64,000 nucleotides of DNA from Bispira polyomma. Taxonomy: Eukaryota. The stretch lies in contig OZ287756.1 in the NCBI GenBank assembly GCA_965649765.1, positions 31,620,001 through 31,684,000 of the forward strand. The letters run 5' to 3'. Shown in pieces: positions 62,060 through 64,000 of the stretch. The notes under the pieces are model-generated. The model saw nothing but the letters and a program-made list of their open reading frames with translations. It did no database searches and was not told the origin of the DNA. How positions within the stretch are numbered: position 1 is the stretch's first letter; each line of letters starts with the position of its first letter. The translations under genes and the position numbers were made by a program.

Positions 62060-63360
62060 TCTAAATTTAAAAAAATTCTTTCCATTTGAATAATCTGTGT
62101 TTTATCCTTATTTACCTTTAATCCAGATATACTGCAAACTATTTGTTGGTGTTTAAGGCTGCTCTTAATGACTTTGCGGTTCTGTGTAATATTAAAGTTG
62201 TATCGTCAGAAAACTGTGTAAGCTTAAAATTATTGTCTTCACAATGGATACCAGTTATATCACAATTGTTAGTGATTATAACTGTTAAAATTTGAGCTGC
62301 TACAATAAAAAGGTATGAAAAGATCAGATATCCTTGTCTACATCTACATCTACATCTAGATCCATCTTACAAATTTGTCATCAAATTCTAGAAAATTAAA
62401 ACTTTAACAAAGACCCTGAAACAGAATCGAATGGCTTGAAGTGCATAATGTCATGAATTAGACGAGTACTTCCTCTAATACGACTTCAAGATATAAATCC
62501 ACACTGTGTTTTATCAATACAGAAGCTCAGAAAAGTGTTAATCCTGTTTGATATTGAGGCAGATGCTAGTTTATAAAGGACATTCAACATTGATACGTGT
62601 CACCATTTTTCTAGTTTTTCACATATTTTTCCCTTTTTAGGTAAGCATGCAATAATCACTGCTTGAGTGTCAATGGTATTTTTCCTTTTATGGCTTTTCT
62701 GCCAGAATTCCATCAATTCCAAGTATCATGTTATTTTTCATTGCCACAAAGCAATACCTATTTTATTTATTGATACATAGTCTCCGAAATGAGCAATTGA
62801 GTATTGTTACCTTGGGAATATCAATGTTATTGAGCCAATAATCAAGATTATACTCTCCTAAATTATGAATTTGATACTGGAAATGTTTACTGTGTAAAAC
62901 CTGTACTTCATCTAGTATTTTCTTTTAATTTCTAACAAAAGGGTTATAATTTGTTTATATTCGTTTTATGGTTTTATTAACATGATTATTGTATTCTAAA
63001 GCACAGAAATATTTTGTGTGTTTTTCTCCATCATAAAGCCATTAGAGTCTTGACTCTACCTTGCATGTTGGGTTGTGTTAAATTCTAAAGCTTTATTTCT
63101 GTAATTTCTAGACTCAATATTAATAGGTTACCACTTGTATCTTTGTTTGAATAGATAACTTTGAATTCAAATGTTTGTTTAACAATATAGCTACTCCTAC
63201 AATTACCGTTTCAAATTTATTTAACATCACTTTTCAAATTAGCTAGGTGTATCTTGAAGACAGAAAATATCTTGTGTATCTTTTAAATAATTCAGTACAT
63301 CACATTTTTTCTTCATTGTTTAAGTCACAGTTTACTCTCAACAACTTTATATTATTCTGA
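62060..63360 (-). mobile_element. Degenerate L1/Tx1-like LINE (endonuclease to RT remnants)
   Basis: Minus-strand remnants: IFCLQDTHL, GVAILL, WLYDGEKNTKYF, RQGY, QFSDDTT. Confidence 0.7.
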
Positions 63361-64000
63361 AATTTCGTACATATACTTACTAGGTTTATTCTATTTTTGT
63401 GATATCTAGAACTGTTTTTTTTTCCCAAGTTGGATGCTCACAGGGTATTAGATTGTTTGTACCTTAATAAGGTTCATAAAACATATTTTTCCAATTATGA
63501 GGGGAACGCATCCCCACCCTCTTCCTCCACACTAAAAATCTTAATAGGTAGGAATCAATCTGAAAATAAAGATGCAGTGAAAGTGTAATTTAGTTCAGTG
63601 AGTTACGTAACAGTAGAAAAGCCACTAAGAATTTTATTCTATTTGTCAACTTAATATCTAGATAAATAAACATTTCTTTTTGGACTCAGTGGGACACAAA
63701 ACAAATCAGAAAGTGAAGTTGGCTAAAAATGTTGATACCAGTAAAACATAAGGACCCATCTCCATTAAATAACTACCATGTTCATTGCACAGCACAACCC
63801 AAGTTATACCAGTAGAAATTTTTTGGCTACCTTAAAGCCCTGGTAGCAGATTTGACAAAGGAATTCACTCTGTCCATATACCCAATACTGACCAATCAGA
63901 TTACTTGAAATCTAACAACTTACCCTTCAAGATTGGGGCTTCCATTTTGGAAAAGAATCAGTAAATGGGGGCCATGACATTCCATAGGTTGAATTTTATT

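Overview
AT-rich eukaryotic (animal, probably lophotrochozoan; inference) genomic DNA dominated by nested transposons, overlying a decaying tandem cluster of minus-strand cell-surface receptor genes (F-type lectin + repeated 141-bp EGF exons + TM + Tyr-motif tail). Main elements: (1) a young, nearly intact Ngaro-type tyrosine-recombinase (YR) retrotransposon E1 (7888-15445, minus) with split direct repeats A1-ORFs-B1A2-spacer-B2, inserted in an older plus-strand YR element and itself carrying a solo LTR; (2) a degenerate relative E2 (49023-54143); (3) a full-length Gmr1-like Gypsy element (54431-60931, IN before RT) inserted in an EGF exon, plus two solo LTRs of the same family; (4) LINE, SINE, MITE and Helentron-type fragments. 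Comparing the Ngaro copies suggests a retrovirus-like expression and replication design I cannot match to a described one: gag ends in UAG-GG in frame with pol (candidate readthrough); the YR ORF lacks its own ATG but is joined in frame to the Gag N-terminus by a GT-AG intron; pol has a conserved unknown N-terminal domain; the circle junction forms a conserved palindrome; and the 3' spacer carries a ~173-nt structured RNA whose fold is retained, with a different closing-stem sequence, in an orphan copy at ~33360-33545. All alignments and folds were done by eye.
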